From NCBI GenBank assembly GCA_044228685.1, contig JBGAUL010000002.1:135611-199610 (forward strand): 64,000 bases of DNA. The letters are read 5' to 3'. Positions 9,650-20,275 of this stretch are shown here, one piece after another. A model generated the notes under the pieces. That model was not told where the DNA came from and did no database searches. It was given only the letters and a program-made list of their open reading frames with translations. This stretch comes from Chlorobiota bacterium (lineage in GTDB: Bacteria > Bacteroidota > Ignavibacteria > Kapaibacteriales > NICIL-2). Both the position numbers and the translations under genes were made by a program. Position 1 is the first letter of the stretch, and each line of letters begins with the position of its first letter.

Positions 9650-10726
9650 TTACAAGTGCCAACCCGTCACACTGATCAATGCCGTCAGCACAAGATTCAC
9701 AATGCTGATTGGCATCAAATACTTCCATTCAAGGGTCAACAATTGGTCAATGCGCAGACGCGGAAAGGTCCAGCGAAACCACATCATCAAAAACATGATG
9801 AATCCGACCTTTGCTCCAAACCAAACAAAGGATGGTATGTAGTCCATGACGGAATTCACTGCCTGCAATCCACCAACATGCAGCGGCATCCAACCACCCA
9901 AGAACACCGTGGCTGCAACGGCCGCGATGATGAACATGTTGATGTACTCTGCTAGAAAGAAGAAGGAGAACTTGATGCCTGAATACTCAGTGTGGAAGCC
10001 AGCGGTGAGTTCGGATTCGGCTTCGGCGATGTCAAAAGGACCGCGATTTGTCTCGGCAGTGCCTGCAATCACATAAACCACAAATGCAATGAATGCCGGA
10101 ATGTGTCCTTTGAAAATCCACCATCCATCTTGCTGCGAGGAGATAATCGTCGATAGTTGCAACGAACCGCATAGTGCCACGATACACAGCAATGACAAAC
10201 CAATAGAAATCTCATAACTCAAAACTTGCGCGCCACTGCGAATTGCTCCGATGAGCGAGTACTTGTTGTTGCTGGCCCAACCGGCAAGAAGAATGCTGAC
10301 CACGCCAATGCTCGATACAGCGGTCACATAAAGAATACCAATATCCAAATCCATCGCTTGCAAGCCGCGAGCAAATGGAATGACGGAGATCGCCATGAAG
10401 CTGGCGATGATGATGACAAAGGGTGCGAGGTTGAAGATGAACTTGTCGGCGTCGGTTGTCGCAAGAGGTTCTTTGAACAAGAGCTTGATGAAGTCGGCGA
10501 AGGTTTGAGCCAGCCCCCAGGGTCCGACGCGCATCGGTCCAAGACGTTGCTGGAAGAGTGCGCAGATTTTTCGTTCAGCATAGACCATGACCAGACCCAT
10601 CACTGCAAAGAAGGTCAGGAAGCACACGGCAACTAAACTCAGTTCAATCACCCTCGTCCACAGAGTTGTGTAATGCTCTGTTAGATAATGATGAAAGCTC
10701 GAAAGCGGTACACTGAAATCGTCCAT
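9650..10726 (-). CDS. nuoH: NADH-quinone oxidoreductase subunit H
   Basis: 358 aa polytopic membrane protein, assigned by position. Confidence 0.9.
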   Translation of the reverse strand: MDDFSVPLSSFHHYLTEHYTTLWTRVIELSLVAVCFLTFFAVMGLVMVYAERKICALFQQRLGPMRVGPWGLAQTFADFIKLLFKEPLATTDADKFIFNLAPFVIIIASFMAISVIPFARGLQAMDLDIGILYVTAVSSIGVVSILLAGWASNNKYSLIGAIRSGAQVLSYEISIGLSLLCIVALCGSLQLSTIISSQQDGWWIFKGHIPAFIAFVVYVIAGTAETNRGPFDIAEAESELTAGFHTEYSGIKFSFFFLAEYINMFIIAAVAATVFLGGWMPLHVGGLQAVNSVMDYIPSFVWFGAKVGFIMFLMMWFRWTFPRLRIDQLLTLEWKYLMPISIVNLVLTALISVTGWHL

Positions 10727-10755
10727 TGTTATGATCTCGTTGTCATGAACTCTTC

Positions 10756-11871
10756 TTAGCGATCGATATCCGGTAGAACCAAATCGAAGGTGGACATGAT
10801 GGCCACCAGGTCGGCAATCTTGCAGCCGCGCACTGTTGCGTTGAGAGCTGAGAGATTGGAGAAACCCGGCGAGCGGAACTTGAGTCTGTACGGACTCTTC
10901 TTTCCATCACTCACGATGTACACTCCCAACTCTCCTCGTGCCGTCTCAACACGCTGATAAAACTCACCTGCCGGCAGTTTGATCACAGCCTTGGTCTTGA
11001 CAGCAAATGGTCCTTCCGGAATATTGTCTATCAACTGCTCGATGATCGAAAGCGATTCCCACATCTCCATTATTCGTGCACGATAACGCGCGTAGGAATC
11101 ACCTTCGTTCAAAACAATTTCTTTGAACTCAACCTTGTTGTACGCGCCATAGGGTAAGCGTTTGCGTACGTCGCAGGCAAAGCCGGATGCACGGGCGGTC
11201 GGACCTGTTACGCCATAGCTGATGGCGTCCTCACGACTCAGTATGCCCACTCCTTCAGTACGCTCGCGAAAGATCACATTGCCTGACAAGAGTTCGTCGT
11301 ATTCTGGAAGTTTGGTGCGGAAGTACTCAACGAACTTTTTGGTGCGATAGACGAAGTTCGGATGGATGTCGAACATCAATCCACCCGGAACATTGTAATT
11401 CATCGTCAAGCGTGCACCGCAAGTTTCTTCGAAGATGTCGGTGATCATTTCGCGATCGCGAAAGCCGTAGAGAAAGGTTGTGATGGCACCTAAGTCCATT
11501 CCCATAACTCCCCACCACAATTGGTGCGAAGAGAGTCTGGTTAGTTCATCGATAATGGTGCGAATCACCGTCACGCGTTCCGGAATCTCCAGACCGAGCG
11601 CGCTTTCAACGGCCAGACACACAGCTTCGTTGTTGATGTGACACGAGAGGTAGTCCATGCGATCGGTCAAGTGCACGATCTGCCTGTACGAGTCACTCTC
11701 GCACATCTTTTCAATGGAGCGATGGATATAACCAATGTGTGGTTCGAGATTCTTAATGATCTCGCCATCGAGCGTCAACACCAAACGCAACACACCGTGT
11801 GTTGAGGGATGCTGAGGTCCCATGTTGATGTAGTAATCTTGGGTCTTAATACCCTCGTCTGTGATCGTCAT
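10756..11871 (-). CDS. nuoD: NADH-quinone oxidoreductase subunit D (49 kDa)
   Basis: NMGPQHPSTHGVLRL near the N-terminus. Confidence 0.9.
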   Translation of the reverse strand: MTITDEGIKTQDYYINMGPQHPSTHGVLRLVLTLDGEIIKNLEPHIGYIHRSIEKMCESDSYRQIVHLTDRMDYLSCHINNEAVCLAVESALGLEIPERVTVIRTIIDELTRLSSHQLWWGVMGMDLGAITTFLYGFRDREMITDIFEETCGARLTMNYNVPGGLMFDIHPNFVYRTKKFVEYFRTKLPEYDELLSGNVIFRERTEGVGILSREDAISYGVTGPTARASGFACDVRKRLPYGAYNKVEFKEIVLNEGDSYARYRARIMEMWESLSIIEQLIDNIPEGPFAVKTKAVIKLPAGEFYQRVETARGELGVYIVSDGKKSPYRLKFRSPGFSNLSALNATVRGCKIADLVAIMSTFDLVLPDIDR

Positions 11872-11872
11872 A

Positions 11873-12346
11873 TCAACCTAATGTCACAATGTTGAGATCA
11901 TCACGATAGTCTTTGCGCATTGGATAACCTTCCCAATCATCATCCAGCAGAATGCGTCGCAAATCAGGATGATGCAGAAAACGAATACCGAAAAGATCAA
12001 ATGCTTCGCGCTCGTGGAACTCGGCTGTACGCCAGAGATGGCTCACAGTCTCGACTTCCGGCTGCTGGCGATTACTGATCTTTGCTTTGAGTACGAGTTC
12101 GTGTCCATGACGAGTGGAATTCAAGTGATAGACCACCGTCATATAAGTCGTCCAATCAACTGCGCTCAAACAGAAGAGATAATCGAAAGCCAAATCCGAG
12201 TTCTCACGCAAAGCAGTTGCAACGGACAAGAGTTGCTCAGCATTCACCGTCATGCTCAAAAACTGCTTCGTGTCTTCAAAGACCGCATCAGCACACACTT
12301 CGATTAGGCCTTCTTTCAATTGATCATTGAGCATAACCGCCTCCAT
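11873..12346 (-). CDS. nuoC: NADH-quinone oxidoreductase subunit C (30 kDa); not fused to nuoD
   Basis: 157 aa, assigned by position between nuoB and nuoD. Confidence 0.85.
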   Translation of the reverse strand: MEAVMLNDQLKEGLIEVCADAVFEDTKQFLSMTVNAEQLLSVATALRENSDLAFDYLFCLSAVDWTTYMTVVYHLNSTRHGHELVLKAKISNRQQPEVETVSHLWRTAEFHEREAFDLFGIRFLHHPDLRRILLDDDWEGYPMRKDYRDDLNIVTLG

Positions 12347-12911
12347 TAATCGACACTTCTTTTCCCATGCGAGCCATGCGCTGCGTATGAGTCATTCCTT
12401 CTTTGATTTTTTCTTGGAGGAGCATCAGACCGTTGAGCAGAGCTTCAGGACGTGGCGGACAGCCGGGAACGTAGACATCGACGGGGATGATGTGGTCAGC
12501 ACCTTTCACAACCGAGTAGGAGTTGTAGAAGAAAGGACCGCCGGAAATCGAACACGCACCCATCGCAATCACATACTTCGGATCAGCCATCTGATCATAG
12601 AGTCGTTTGAGCACCGGTGCCATCTTGTTCACGATAGTTCCGGCGATGATGATGAGGTCAGCTTGACGAGGCGTAGCACGCGCTACTTCCGTTCCGAATC
12701 GTGACCAGTCGTGACGTGATGCACCGGTAGCCATCATTTCAATTGCGCAGCAACTTGTTCCAAAGACCAATGGCCAGAGAGAGTTTGCACGTGCCCAGTT
12801 GAGAACGCTGTCGAGTTGTGCGACGACGATATTGGATCCCGGAGCTACTTCCTGCAGAATCGGTAAATCGAGCTTGTTCGTTGTTGACTGCATATGCGTT
12901 ATTCCTGACAT
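12324..12911 (-). CDS. nuoB: NADH-quinone oxidoreductase subunit B (20 kDa, N2 cluster)
   Basis: [10 protein letters not shown] ... CPPRPEALL. Confidence 0.9.
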   Translation of the reverse strand: MSGITHMQSTTNKLDLPILQEVAPGSNIVVAQLDSVLNWARANSLWPLVFGTSCCAIEMMATGASRHDWSRFGTEVARATPRQADLIIIAGTIVNKMAPVLKRLYDQMADPKYVIAMGACSISGGPFFYNSYSVVKGADHIIPVDVYVPGCPPRPEALLNGLMLLQEKIKEGMTHTQRMARMGKEVSINGGGYAQ

Positions 12912-12938
12912 CGATAATTGCGTTCAAGAGATGAGCTT

Positions 12939-13289
12939 CTATTGCCAGCGCAAAGCGCCTTTCTTCCAAGCGTAAATCAATCCAAGACCAAGAATGAAGA
13001 GAAAGACAAGGATTTCGATGAATGCCGTCATCCCACTCTCCTTCAGCACCGTTGCCCAAGGAAAGAGAAACACGACTTCCACTTCGAAGACCAAGAAGAT
13101 GATGGCAAAGAGGTAGTAGCCGACCTTAAACTGGAATTGCGAAGAACCGATGGTGGGGATACCGCACTCGTAACTCTGTTCCTTCTGACTGTTGCGGGAA
13201 CTCGGCGACAAAAGGTGAGAAACCACCATACCGCCCGCACCCATGATCACCCCGCTGAGGAAAAACACGATGAGTTCTTCTGGTCTCAT
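12939..13289 (-). CDS. nuoA: NADH-quinone oxidoreductase subunit A
   Basis: 116 aa with 3 TM helices and an ECG motif. Confidence 0.85.
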   Translation of the reverse strand: MRPEELIVFFLSGVIMGAGGMVVSHLLSPSSRNSQKEQSYECGIPTIGSSQFQFKVGYYLFAIIFLVFEVEVVFLFPWATVLKESGMTAFIEILVFLFILGLGLIYAWKKGALRWQ

Positions 13290-13508
13290 TTCGCACTCCT
13301 AATCGTACAAGCTGTTGATTCATACCGACTTTGGGTCGGTTGGAGCTGGTGGAACGGTCGCGTTGCCAACTCACGGGGACGAAGATACGATATTTAATAC
13401 TATTTTATCTTTAATTCTTTTTACCCTATTTTAGTCCTGGGTTCGGATGGCTGAGAGATCAACCCGACCGAACCATTTATCCACGTACTCACAGTTTGGA
13501 TCTGGCTT
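13290..13508. promoter_or_regulatory. divergent promoter region between nuoA (minus) and korA (plus)
   Basis: 219-bp AT-rich spacer (tactattttatctttaattcttttt) between divergent operons. No specific boxes assigned. Confidence 0.4.
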
Positions 13509-15392
13509 ATGGAAACACTTGAAACGCACGATGTGGTAAAAAAGCAAACCCGGCTTATCCACAGCGACTGCGTTGTAGTTCGATTTTCCGGTGACTCGGG
13601 CGACGGTATGCAGCTCACCGGTATGCAGTTCACGGACGCGGTAGCATTGTATGGAAACGATCTCTGTACCTTCCCTGACTATCCGGCAGAAATACGCGCT
13701 CCACAGGGCACGCTAGCCGGCGTATCGGGTTTTCAATTGCAGTTCGGCAGTACTGAAATCAGTACACCGGGCGACAACTACGATGTGCTTGTCGCTATGA
13801 ATGCGGCTGCGCTAAAGGTCGAGCTGAAGCGATTGAAGAAAGGCGGTATTATCATTACCAATACAGCCGGCTTCGACAAGAAGAATCTTCGATTGGCCGA
13901 GTATCCTGAGGGAGTGAATCCTCTTGAGGACGGATCGCTGGATAACTACACGGTTATCTCCGTGGACATCACCAAGCACACACGCGACACCTTAGCCGGC
14001 AGTGGTCTTGGCACCAAAGAAGTCGAACGTTCCAAGAACATGTTCGTGTTGGGATTGATCTACTGGATGTTTGATCGTGACATCCGTCACACCGTCGATT
14101 TCATCAACGAGAAATTCGGCAAGAAGCCGGATGTAGCACAAGCAAACGTAAGCGCACTGCGCGCCGGATGGAACTTTGGTGATCATACCGAGATTTTCAC
14201 CAATCGCTTTGCTGTCGCTCCTGCCAAACTGCAGCCGGGAAGTTATCGCAACATCAGTGGCAATCACGCTGCGGCAATTGGATTGGTTGCGGCGGCTGAA
14301 AAAGCAGGACTGACCTTGTTCTTGGGATCTTATCCAATTACACCGGCTTCAGATATTCTGCATGAATTATCACGCTACAAAGCAAATGAAGTGCGCACCT
14401 TCCAAGCTGAGGATGAGATTGCGGGAATTTGTTCGGCAATCGGCGCGTCCTATGCAGGTAAGCTGGCAGTGACGACCACGTCGGGTCCGGGTATGTCGCT
14501 CAAGACCGAAGCTCTAGGTCTGGCATTGATGTTGGAGATTCCACTCGTCGTTGTCAATGTGCAACGCGGCGGTCCTTCCACCGGCTTGCCAACAAAGACC
14601 GAGCAATCGGATCTCATGCAGGCAATGTATGGTCGTCATGGCGAAGCGCCTCTTCCAATCATTGCAGCCGCATCTCCATCAGATTGCTTCAGTACCATTT
14701 ACGAAGCGTGCAAGCTCTCGTTGGAGCACATGACGCCTGTAATTTGTCTTTCCGACGGATACATCGCCAACGGATCAGAGCCTTGGCGTTATCCCACAGC
14801 CGACGATCTGCCGCCAATCAACGTGCATTTCATGAAGCATGCGGATTTGAATGGCGAGCCCTTTTTGCCGTACAAGCGCAACGACGAACTGGTGCGACCA
14901 TGGGTAATTCCGGGAACGCCGGAGCTTGAGCATCGCATTGGTGGACTTGAGAAGAAGAATGAGACGGGTAGCGTGTCGCATGATCCGCTCAATCACGAAG
15001 TCATGGTTCGCATTCGTCAGGCAAAGGTTGAGAAGATCGCAGATTCAATTCCGCTGTTGAAGGTTGATAGCGGACGCGACAGCGGCAAGCTTTTGATTTT
15101 GAGTTGGGGTTCGCCTTATGGTGCAATCAAGACAGCGATGCGCGACTTGTTGAACGAAGGCTTTGACGTTGCTCACGCTCACTTACGTCACCTCAATCCA
15201 TTCCCCAAGAATCTCGGTGACGTGCTTTCCAAGTACGAGAAAGTATTGATTCCTGAAATCAATAACGGTCAGCTCATCCACCTCATTCGCGATCGCTATT
15301 TGATTCCGGCGGTCGGACTGCACAAGATTCAAGGATTGCCTTTTGCTACAGATGATATCAAGAACAAAGTCTACGAATTATTAGGACTATAA
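13509..15392 (+). CDS. korA: 2-oxoacid:ferredoxin oxidoreductase alpha subunit (2-oxoglutarate or pyruvate synthase type)
   Basis: 627 aa. VVVRFSGDSGDGMQLTG N-terminal motif. Confidence 0.85.
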   Translation: METLETHDVVKKQTRLIHSDCVVVRFSGDSGDGMQLTGMQFTDAVALYGNDLCTFPDYPAEIRAPQGTLAGVSGFQLQFGSTEISTPGDNYDVLVAMNAAALKVELKRLKKGGIIITNTAGFDKKNLRLAEYPEGVNPLEDGSLDNYTVISVDITKHTRDTLAGSGLGTKEVERSKNMFVLGLIYWMFDRDIRHTVDFINEKFGKKPDVAQANVSALRAGWNFGDHTEIFTNRFAVAPAKLQPGSYRNISGNHAAAIGLVAAAEKAGLTLFLGSYPITPASDILHELSRYKANEVRTFQAEDEIAGICSAIGASYAGKLAVTTTSGPGMSLKTEALGLALMLEIPLVVVNVQRGGPSTGLPTKTEQSDLMQAMYGRHGEAPLPIIAAASPSDCFSTIYEACKLSLEHMTPVICLSDGYIANGSEPWRYPTADDLPPINVHFMKHADLNGEPFLPYKRNDELVRPWVIPGTPELEHRIGGLEKKNETGSVSHDPLNHEVMVRIRQAKVEKIADSIPLLKVDSGRDSGKLLILSWGSPYGAIKTAMRDLLNEGFDVAHAHLRHLNPFPKNLGDVLSKYEKVLIPEINNGQLIHLIRDRYLIPAVGLHKIQGLPFATDDIKNKVYELLGL

Positions 15393-15394
15393 CC

Positions 15395-16432
15395 ATGGAC
15401 ACAACTGTATTTCCCCTGCCGCAATTAAGCAGCAAAGATTTCGCTTCCGATCAGGAGGTTAAATGGTGTCCGGGTTGCGGAGACTATTCCATCCTCAAAC
15501 AAGTTCAAACGATTTTTCCTGAGCTTCCGGTGCGCAAGGAAGACTATGTCTTCATTTCGGGTATTGGGTGTTCCTCGCGTTTCACTTACTATATGGACAC
15601 CTACGGCGTGCACAGTATTCACGGTCGCGCATGTGCCATCGCAAGTGGCGTGAAGAGTGCCAATCCTGATCTCAGCGTGTGGATTGCAACCGGCGACGGT
15701 GATGCTCTGGCCATTGGAGGCAATCACTTCATCCATCTGATGCGTCGTAATCTTGATGTGAATATGCTAATGTTTAACAATCAGATTTACAGTCTGACGA
15801 AGGGACAATACTCTCCCACATCAGAGCACGGAAAGGTCACGAAGAGTTCACCATTTGGAACCATCGAAGATCCATTCAATCCTGCAGAACTTGCTCTTGG
15901 TGCACATGCCAGCTTCGTAGCACGAACAATGGATCGCGATACAAAGCATCTTCAAGCAATGATTCGTCGTGCATACGAGCACAAAGGAACATCATTCGTC
16001 GAGGTCTATCAGAATTGTCCGGTCTTTAACGATGGCACCTTTGAAATCTTCACCGACAAAGGAACCAAGAAAGAAGAGACGATTTATGTGGAGCACGGCA
16101 AGCCGCTGATGTTTGGTCAGGAAAACGAGAAAGGTATTCGCTTCGACGGACTCATTCCGCGCATCGTAAGCATGAGTGACGGCACCGTCAGTGCAGATGA
16201 TCTCTGGATACACGACGAAGGTGACAAAACCAAAGCAAACATCCTCGCTCGTTTTCTCGATGATCCGCACACCGCCGATCACTTCCCACGCGCCTTTGGT
16301 GTGTTCTATGTTGATGAGCGTCCGACCTACGACGAAGAAATGAAAAAGCAACTCCAATACGTAGCCGAGAAGAAAGGTCGTCCATCACTCGACAAAATCC
16401 TCTCCGGCGACAAGACCTGGGAAATTGTCTGA
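15395..16432 (+). CDS. korB: 2-oxoacid:ferredoxin oxidoreductase beta subunit (TPP-binding)
   Basis: 345 aa. WCPGCGD, GIGCSSR and GDGD motifs. Starts 3 bp after the korA stop. Confidence 0.85.
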   Translation: MDTTVFPLPQLSSKDFASDQEVKWCPGCGDYSILKQVQTIFPELPVRKEDYVFISGIGCSSRFTYYMDTYGVHSIHGRACAIASGVKSANPDLSVWIATGDGDALAIGGNHFIHLMRRNLDVNMLMFNNQIYSLTKGQYSPTSEHGKVTKSSPFGTIEDPFNPAELALGAHASFVARTMDRDTKHLQAMIRRAYEHKGTSFVEVYQNCPVFNDGTFEIFTDKGTKKEETIYVEHGKPLMFGQENEKGIRFDGLIPRIVSMSDGTVSADDLWIHDEGDKTKANILARFLDDPHTADHFPRAFGVFYVDERPTYDEEMKKQLQYVAEKKGRPSLDKILSGDKTWEIV

Positions 16433-16502
16433 GTATCTCGTCCCGACTAAATCCCTATTTGGTCGTGTAAATTTTCTCAGTCATGACCATGGATGGTCCA
16501 AT

Positions 16503-16536
16503 AAAGAGTCCCGTTATGCGGGACTCTTTTTGTTTG
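16503..16536 (+). terminator. rho-independent terminator after korB
   Basis: agagtcccg-ttatg-cgggactct followed by ttttgtttg. Confidence 0.7.
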
Positions 16537-16556
16537 TGGGAGGATAGCACAGAACA

Positions 16557-18050
16557 TCATTGAGCTACTTTAGTCACAACAGTAGTTTGCACTTTGCCCT
16601 CACATTCCAGCTGCAATACATATTGTCCTGTTGCCAAGCAGCTAAGATCCAGCTCACAAGTATTACCGTCATTCACCACATTGAGTAATTCCTCCTTAAG
16701 CACAACGCCAACTATGCTTGATACTCTTGCATGAACGGGAGCGCGAAGTGCGTACGGGTTGTGAATACTAATACGATTCGTGCATGGATTTGGCGACACT
16801 TTCAGCAACGGCAAGTTCACTTCGGAAGAAACCTCGGTTGTAGTGAATGCTAGTCTTTCAGCGTACATCTTTGCATCACTATTAATTCCATCGGAACCGT
16901 AGTTACCAAAAAGCACTAGATCTTGGTTACCAATTAAGGTAGCGCCATAGCATCCATCGGCGAGGTCCGAACCAAAGCTCCGGGTCCAGATGACGTCGCC
17001 ATTCTTTGAAATACATGCTGCAAATCCATCGTAACTGTTTTCGTCGTTCTTGATTGGCATTCCTTTGCTATCACGTTTACCTTGAACAGCACACATGACA
17101 ATGTTCCCGTCTGGTAGCACTGTTGCCGATTGTGGGATGAGATACAAATCAGGGAGAACCGCTTTTTGGAAGAGTAACTCTCCGCTCTGTGTGAATTTGC
17201 TGAATTGAAGTGTGAACGTGGTTTTGACATTGACTGAACCAAGCACGATGAAGAACGAATCAAGGAACATCAAAAGTTGATGTTGTCCATACGCAGAAGA
17301 AGAAACGAATCGACGTTCAGAGCTATCAACTGTTGAACGGATCAGGATATACGGCTGAAAAAACGTATAGTCATTGCTCTTAAAGGAGTTGGCACTTAGG
17401 CTGTAGTGATCACCGTCAAGCGCACTATATGTCGGCGTTAAGCTAAAGGCATTTTCTCCTCGAATTAATTCAGAACTCACGACCTGTCCTATGTTGAAGT
17501 TCACAACGAAGTGACTTAGATAACCTGGAGCGCTAACACTTGCGCCTCCGAAACACTCGACGCTTTGATTGTCTGACGACGATACCACATTGATCTTAGA
17601 AGCAAAACCCTTGTTGACATTGACAACTTGAGTATCCAGAATTTCTCCCCTACTTGTAATCGTCGAGCGATACAACTGATAAGGACCGGATACTCCGGGG
17701 TTTAGGTAACCCGTACTACCATATACATAGACCGTGTCGTCGCTGATCTCGCAAACTGACGATATGGTGTGCATTTTCTCTGTGTACTCTGATTCAGCAA
17801 ACCCTGCTGTCCACAGCTCGTGTCCCTCACGGTCTATCTTTACAACAAAGCCACATCGATCATTGCCACCGATCAAAAACAAGCCTCCACTTTTCGACGG
17901 CAAAACCTTTTGGACGAGTACATTGGCTCCTTGAGTTCGCTCTACAGCAAATGTTTTAGTCCATTGCACAGATGTGTCTCCGCCGAAGAGAGAACTGGCT
18001 CGAATGGAAAAGCACAAGATGTACAGCAGAAGCGCGTGTGATAATCTCAT
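16557..18050 (-). CDS. secreted protein with a T9SS C-terminal sorting domain
   Basis: Signal peptide MRLSHALLLYILCFSIRASS. C-terminus NPCTNRISIHNPY...GQYVLQLECEGKVQTTVVTKV is a T9SS CTD. Confidence 0.6.
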   Translation of the reverse strand: MRLSHALLLYILCFSIRASSLFGGDTSVQWTKTFAVERTQGANVLVQKVLPSKSGGLFLIGGNDRCGFVVKIDREGHELWTAGFAESEYTEKMHTISSVCEISDDTVYVYGSTGYLNPGVSGPYQLYRSTITSRGEILDTQVVNVNKGFASKINVVSSSDNQSVECFGGASVSAPGYLSHFVVNFNIGQVVSSELIRGENAFSLTPTYSALDGDHYSLSANSFKSNDYTFFQPYILIRSTVDSSERRFVSSSAYGQHQLLMFLDSFFIVLGSVNVKTTFTLQFSKFTQSGELLFQKAVLPDLYLIPQSATVLPDGNIVMCAVQGKRDSKGMPIKNDENSYDGFAACISKNGDVIWTRSFGSDLADGCYGATLIGNQDLVLFGNYGSDGINSDAKMYAERLAFTTTEVSSEVNLPLLKVSPNPCTNRISIHNPYALRAPVHARVSSIVGVVLKEELLNVVNDGNTCELDLSCLATGQYVLQLECEGKVQTTVVTKVAQ

Positions 18051-18685
18051 GGATGGGTCATTAGAGTGAACATAGCCTGCTCTTTTTTAGGGGGTGTAGA
18101 GATTGCGCTGCGAAAGCCAACCTTCGCCGACCGATTTCAATTTATACAATTGGAGCACTAGATAGTATGCTGTGTTTAACACAAGTTGAATTGCAAAATG
18201 TAATGCGAGGAACAAGCCCCTTCCAATTCGTTAAAATCAGCGATAATAAACGTACTAACAGTGTTTTCTCTTCGACACAAGAAAGAACAATGTCCTTAGC
18301 TGTGCAATTGATCCGCACAGACTTCACTGGATGGGTAGAGTAACGACAGTTGTTGGTTGATTTGGTTAACTAACAACAATCTACTTGTTGTCTGTTGCTT
18401 TCAATTGTCCTCTCCCCCATTCCCCTTGCGTACAAATAATTCCCTCCTATATTATGCTCGCCCTCGGTCAGCAGTCAGGCAACCGTACTTCTACCACGCT
18501 CACTGGCCGACTGACAATTTTGAAAGAGCTATGGTGAAGCTCAGACAATCCTTCACCATAAAAGAGCCGTCAATAATGACGCGACTTTGTTCGGCGGAAG
18601 AGGAGGCCGGAGTCAGTGTCCACAATTGATTCGACTGCCTCCTATTGTTAGAGATCAGAAATACCAATTATCCCCGGAGCTTGCG

Positions 18686-20215
18686 ATGTTTCGCTGCATT
18701 TGTCTTTTTGTGTTGTTGACCTTTGCTACTTGTGTGTCTGCTCAAGACTTTAATCTTTCTATCAGCCCGACATCAGTCACTGCAACTCAAGGCGACACCG
18801 CAACCTGTGTGATGAGTGTTAGTCCGCTGGGCTCTTTTTCATCGAGTATTTTCTTTACTGCCAGCTCGCCTCTTGAGGTTGTCTTCTCATCGAAGGCGGT
18901 GAATGCTCCTTATAATTCCATCGGATTCTATATCGTGACCGGAGCGGCTGACACCGGTTACTATAATGTCAACATCATAGCAGCTACAAAGAGTTATCGT
19001 GACACCGTAGTGATACATGTCCATGTTACTCGTAAGGTCAATTGGGCCAAACTGTCTAAGCCATATCATGACCCAAGCTCTGTCGTCGCAATGCTGGACA
19101 CAGCAGGAAAGTTCGTGTTGCTCGATAGAAGTAGCGGCACTTCATTAAAGACCTATACGGTATCCAATGGAGCTTTTGTGCGACACACAACCGATCTGCC
19201 AACGAGTCAACTGTCGATCATCGATGCGTGCTATACTTCTAATGGCAAACTCTGGTTCGGCACGCATGAAGGTGTACTGAGTTATGACGGATCAAATTTC
19301 TCCATGTTCAACCAAAGCAATTCAACCTTGCAGGGAAGTGATTGTTGGCGAATCACAAAAGATCGCAACGGAAACTTGGTCTTGATCGTGAAAAACCCAA
19401 GCACGGATGACTGGTATCTGTATAACAATGCCGGCGGCACGTGGAATCAGCTCTACACATCGAACTTGACAACAAACGCTCCTCTTTTCGGAACTGTTGA
19501 TTATCTCAATCAGCTTTGGGCTTATGATGGCATCAAGTACAGCATATTCAGAATCAATTCCGGTGCGCGCTATGAGGACTCAGGGTGTGAGATAACGCAG
19601 GTCAGAGCTATGTGCATTACGAGAGACAGCGCAATCTGGATGGCAAATGATGATGGAGCAACAGCTTTGAAACTCTTGCGAAGCAAGAATGGAAGCTGTC
19701 AGTCGTTCCAATTGCCAAACACTGTGAAGTATGAATCAATTCGTTGCATAGCAGCAGCAACGAATAGTAATGATGTTTGGGTTGGAACAACATCTGCCTT
19801 GTATAGATTTAGCTCGGGCTCTTGGTCGCGATTCACCAAAGACAATTCGCTGCTCTCAGACAACCAAATAGTCAATGTTATAGCTGATACTTATGACAAC
19901 GTGTGGATTCTTCAGTCTGATGGCGTGGTCGTCACGAACATAAGCGGTCTTGTCAGCGTGCCACTCGTTTCAAACACATCCGACGTTGAGGTCTCTACCG
20001 ACGACTCGAAATCGCAGATGAGTGTTGATCAGAACGGCATACGCTTCGTCGCACAAGCTAATAACGTAGAACTCTACGACTATCTCGGCAACTTCGTCAG
20101 CACACAGGAAACACAGCCGGGCACCATTCAAAACCTTTTGCTGAACCATCTGCAGAGTGGCGTGTATTGTCTTCGAAATGGAAACAAGGCTTTGACCTTT
20201 GTCTACACAAGGTAG
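18686..20215 (+). CDS. secreted repeat protein (beta-propeller-like, two-component-regulator-propeller style repeats) with T9SS CTD
   Basis: Likely start at MFRCICLFVLLTFATCVSAQ; the ORF track's earlier start at 18587 lacks a signal peptide. Repeats contain W/Y-rich motifs. C-terminal VELYDYLGNF...GVYCLRNGNKALTFVYTR is CTD-like. Confidence 0.55.
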   Translation: MFRCICLFVLLTFATCVSAQDFNLSISPTSVTATQGDTATCVMSVSPLGSFSSSIFFTASSPLEVVFSSKAVNAPYNSIGFYIVTGAADTGYYNVNIIAATKSYRDTVVIHVHVTRKVNWAKLSKPYHDPSSVVAMLDTAGKFVLLDRSSGTSLKTYTVSNGAFVRHTTDLPTSQLSIIDACYTSNGKLWFGTHEGVLSYDGSNFSMFNQSNSTLQGSDCWRITKDRNGNLVLIVKNPSTDDWYLYNNAGGTWNQLYTSNLTTNAPLFGTVDYLNQLWAYDGIKYSIFRINSGARYEDSGCEITQVRAMCITRDSAIWMANDDGATALKLLRSKNGSCQSFQLPNTVKYESIRCIAAATNSNDVWVGTTSALYRFSSGSWSRFTKDNSLLSDNQIVNVIADTYDNVWILQSDGVVVTNISGLVSVPLVSNTSDVEVSTDDSKSQMSVDQNGIRFVAQANNVELYDYLGNFVSTQETQPGTIQNLLLNHLQSGVYCLRNGNKALTFVYTR

Positions 20216-20238
20216 CATCGACTTAATTGTACGTGTAC

Positions 20239-20275
20239 GAGGACTCTTGATGTCATGACAAGAGTCCTCTTTTTG
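20239..20275 (+). terminator. rho-independent terminator
   Basis: gaggactcttg-loop-caagagtcctc followed by tttttg. Confidence 0.7.
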
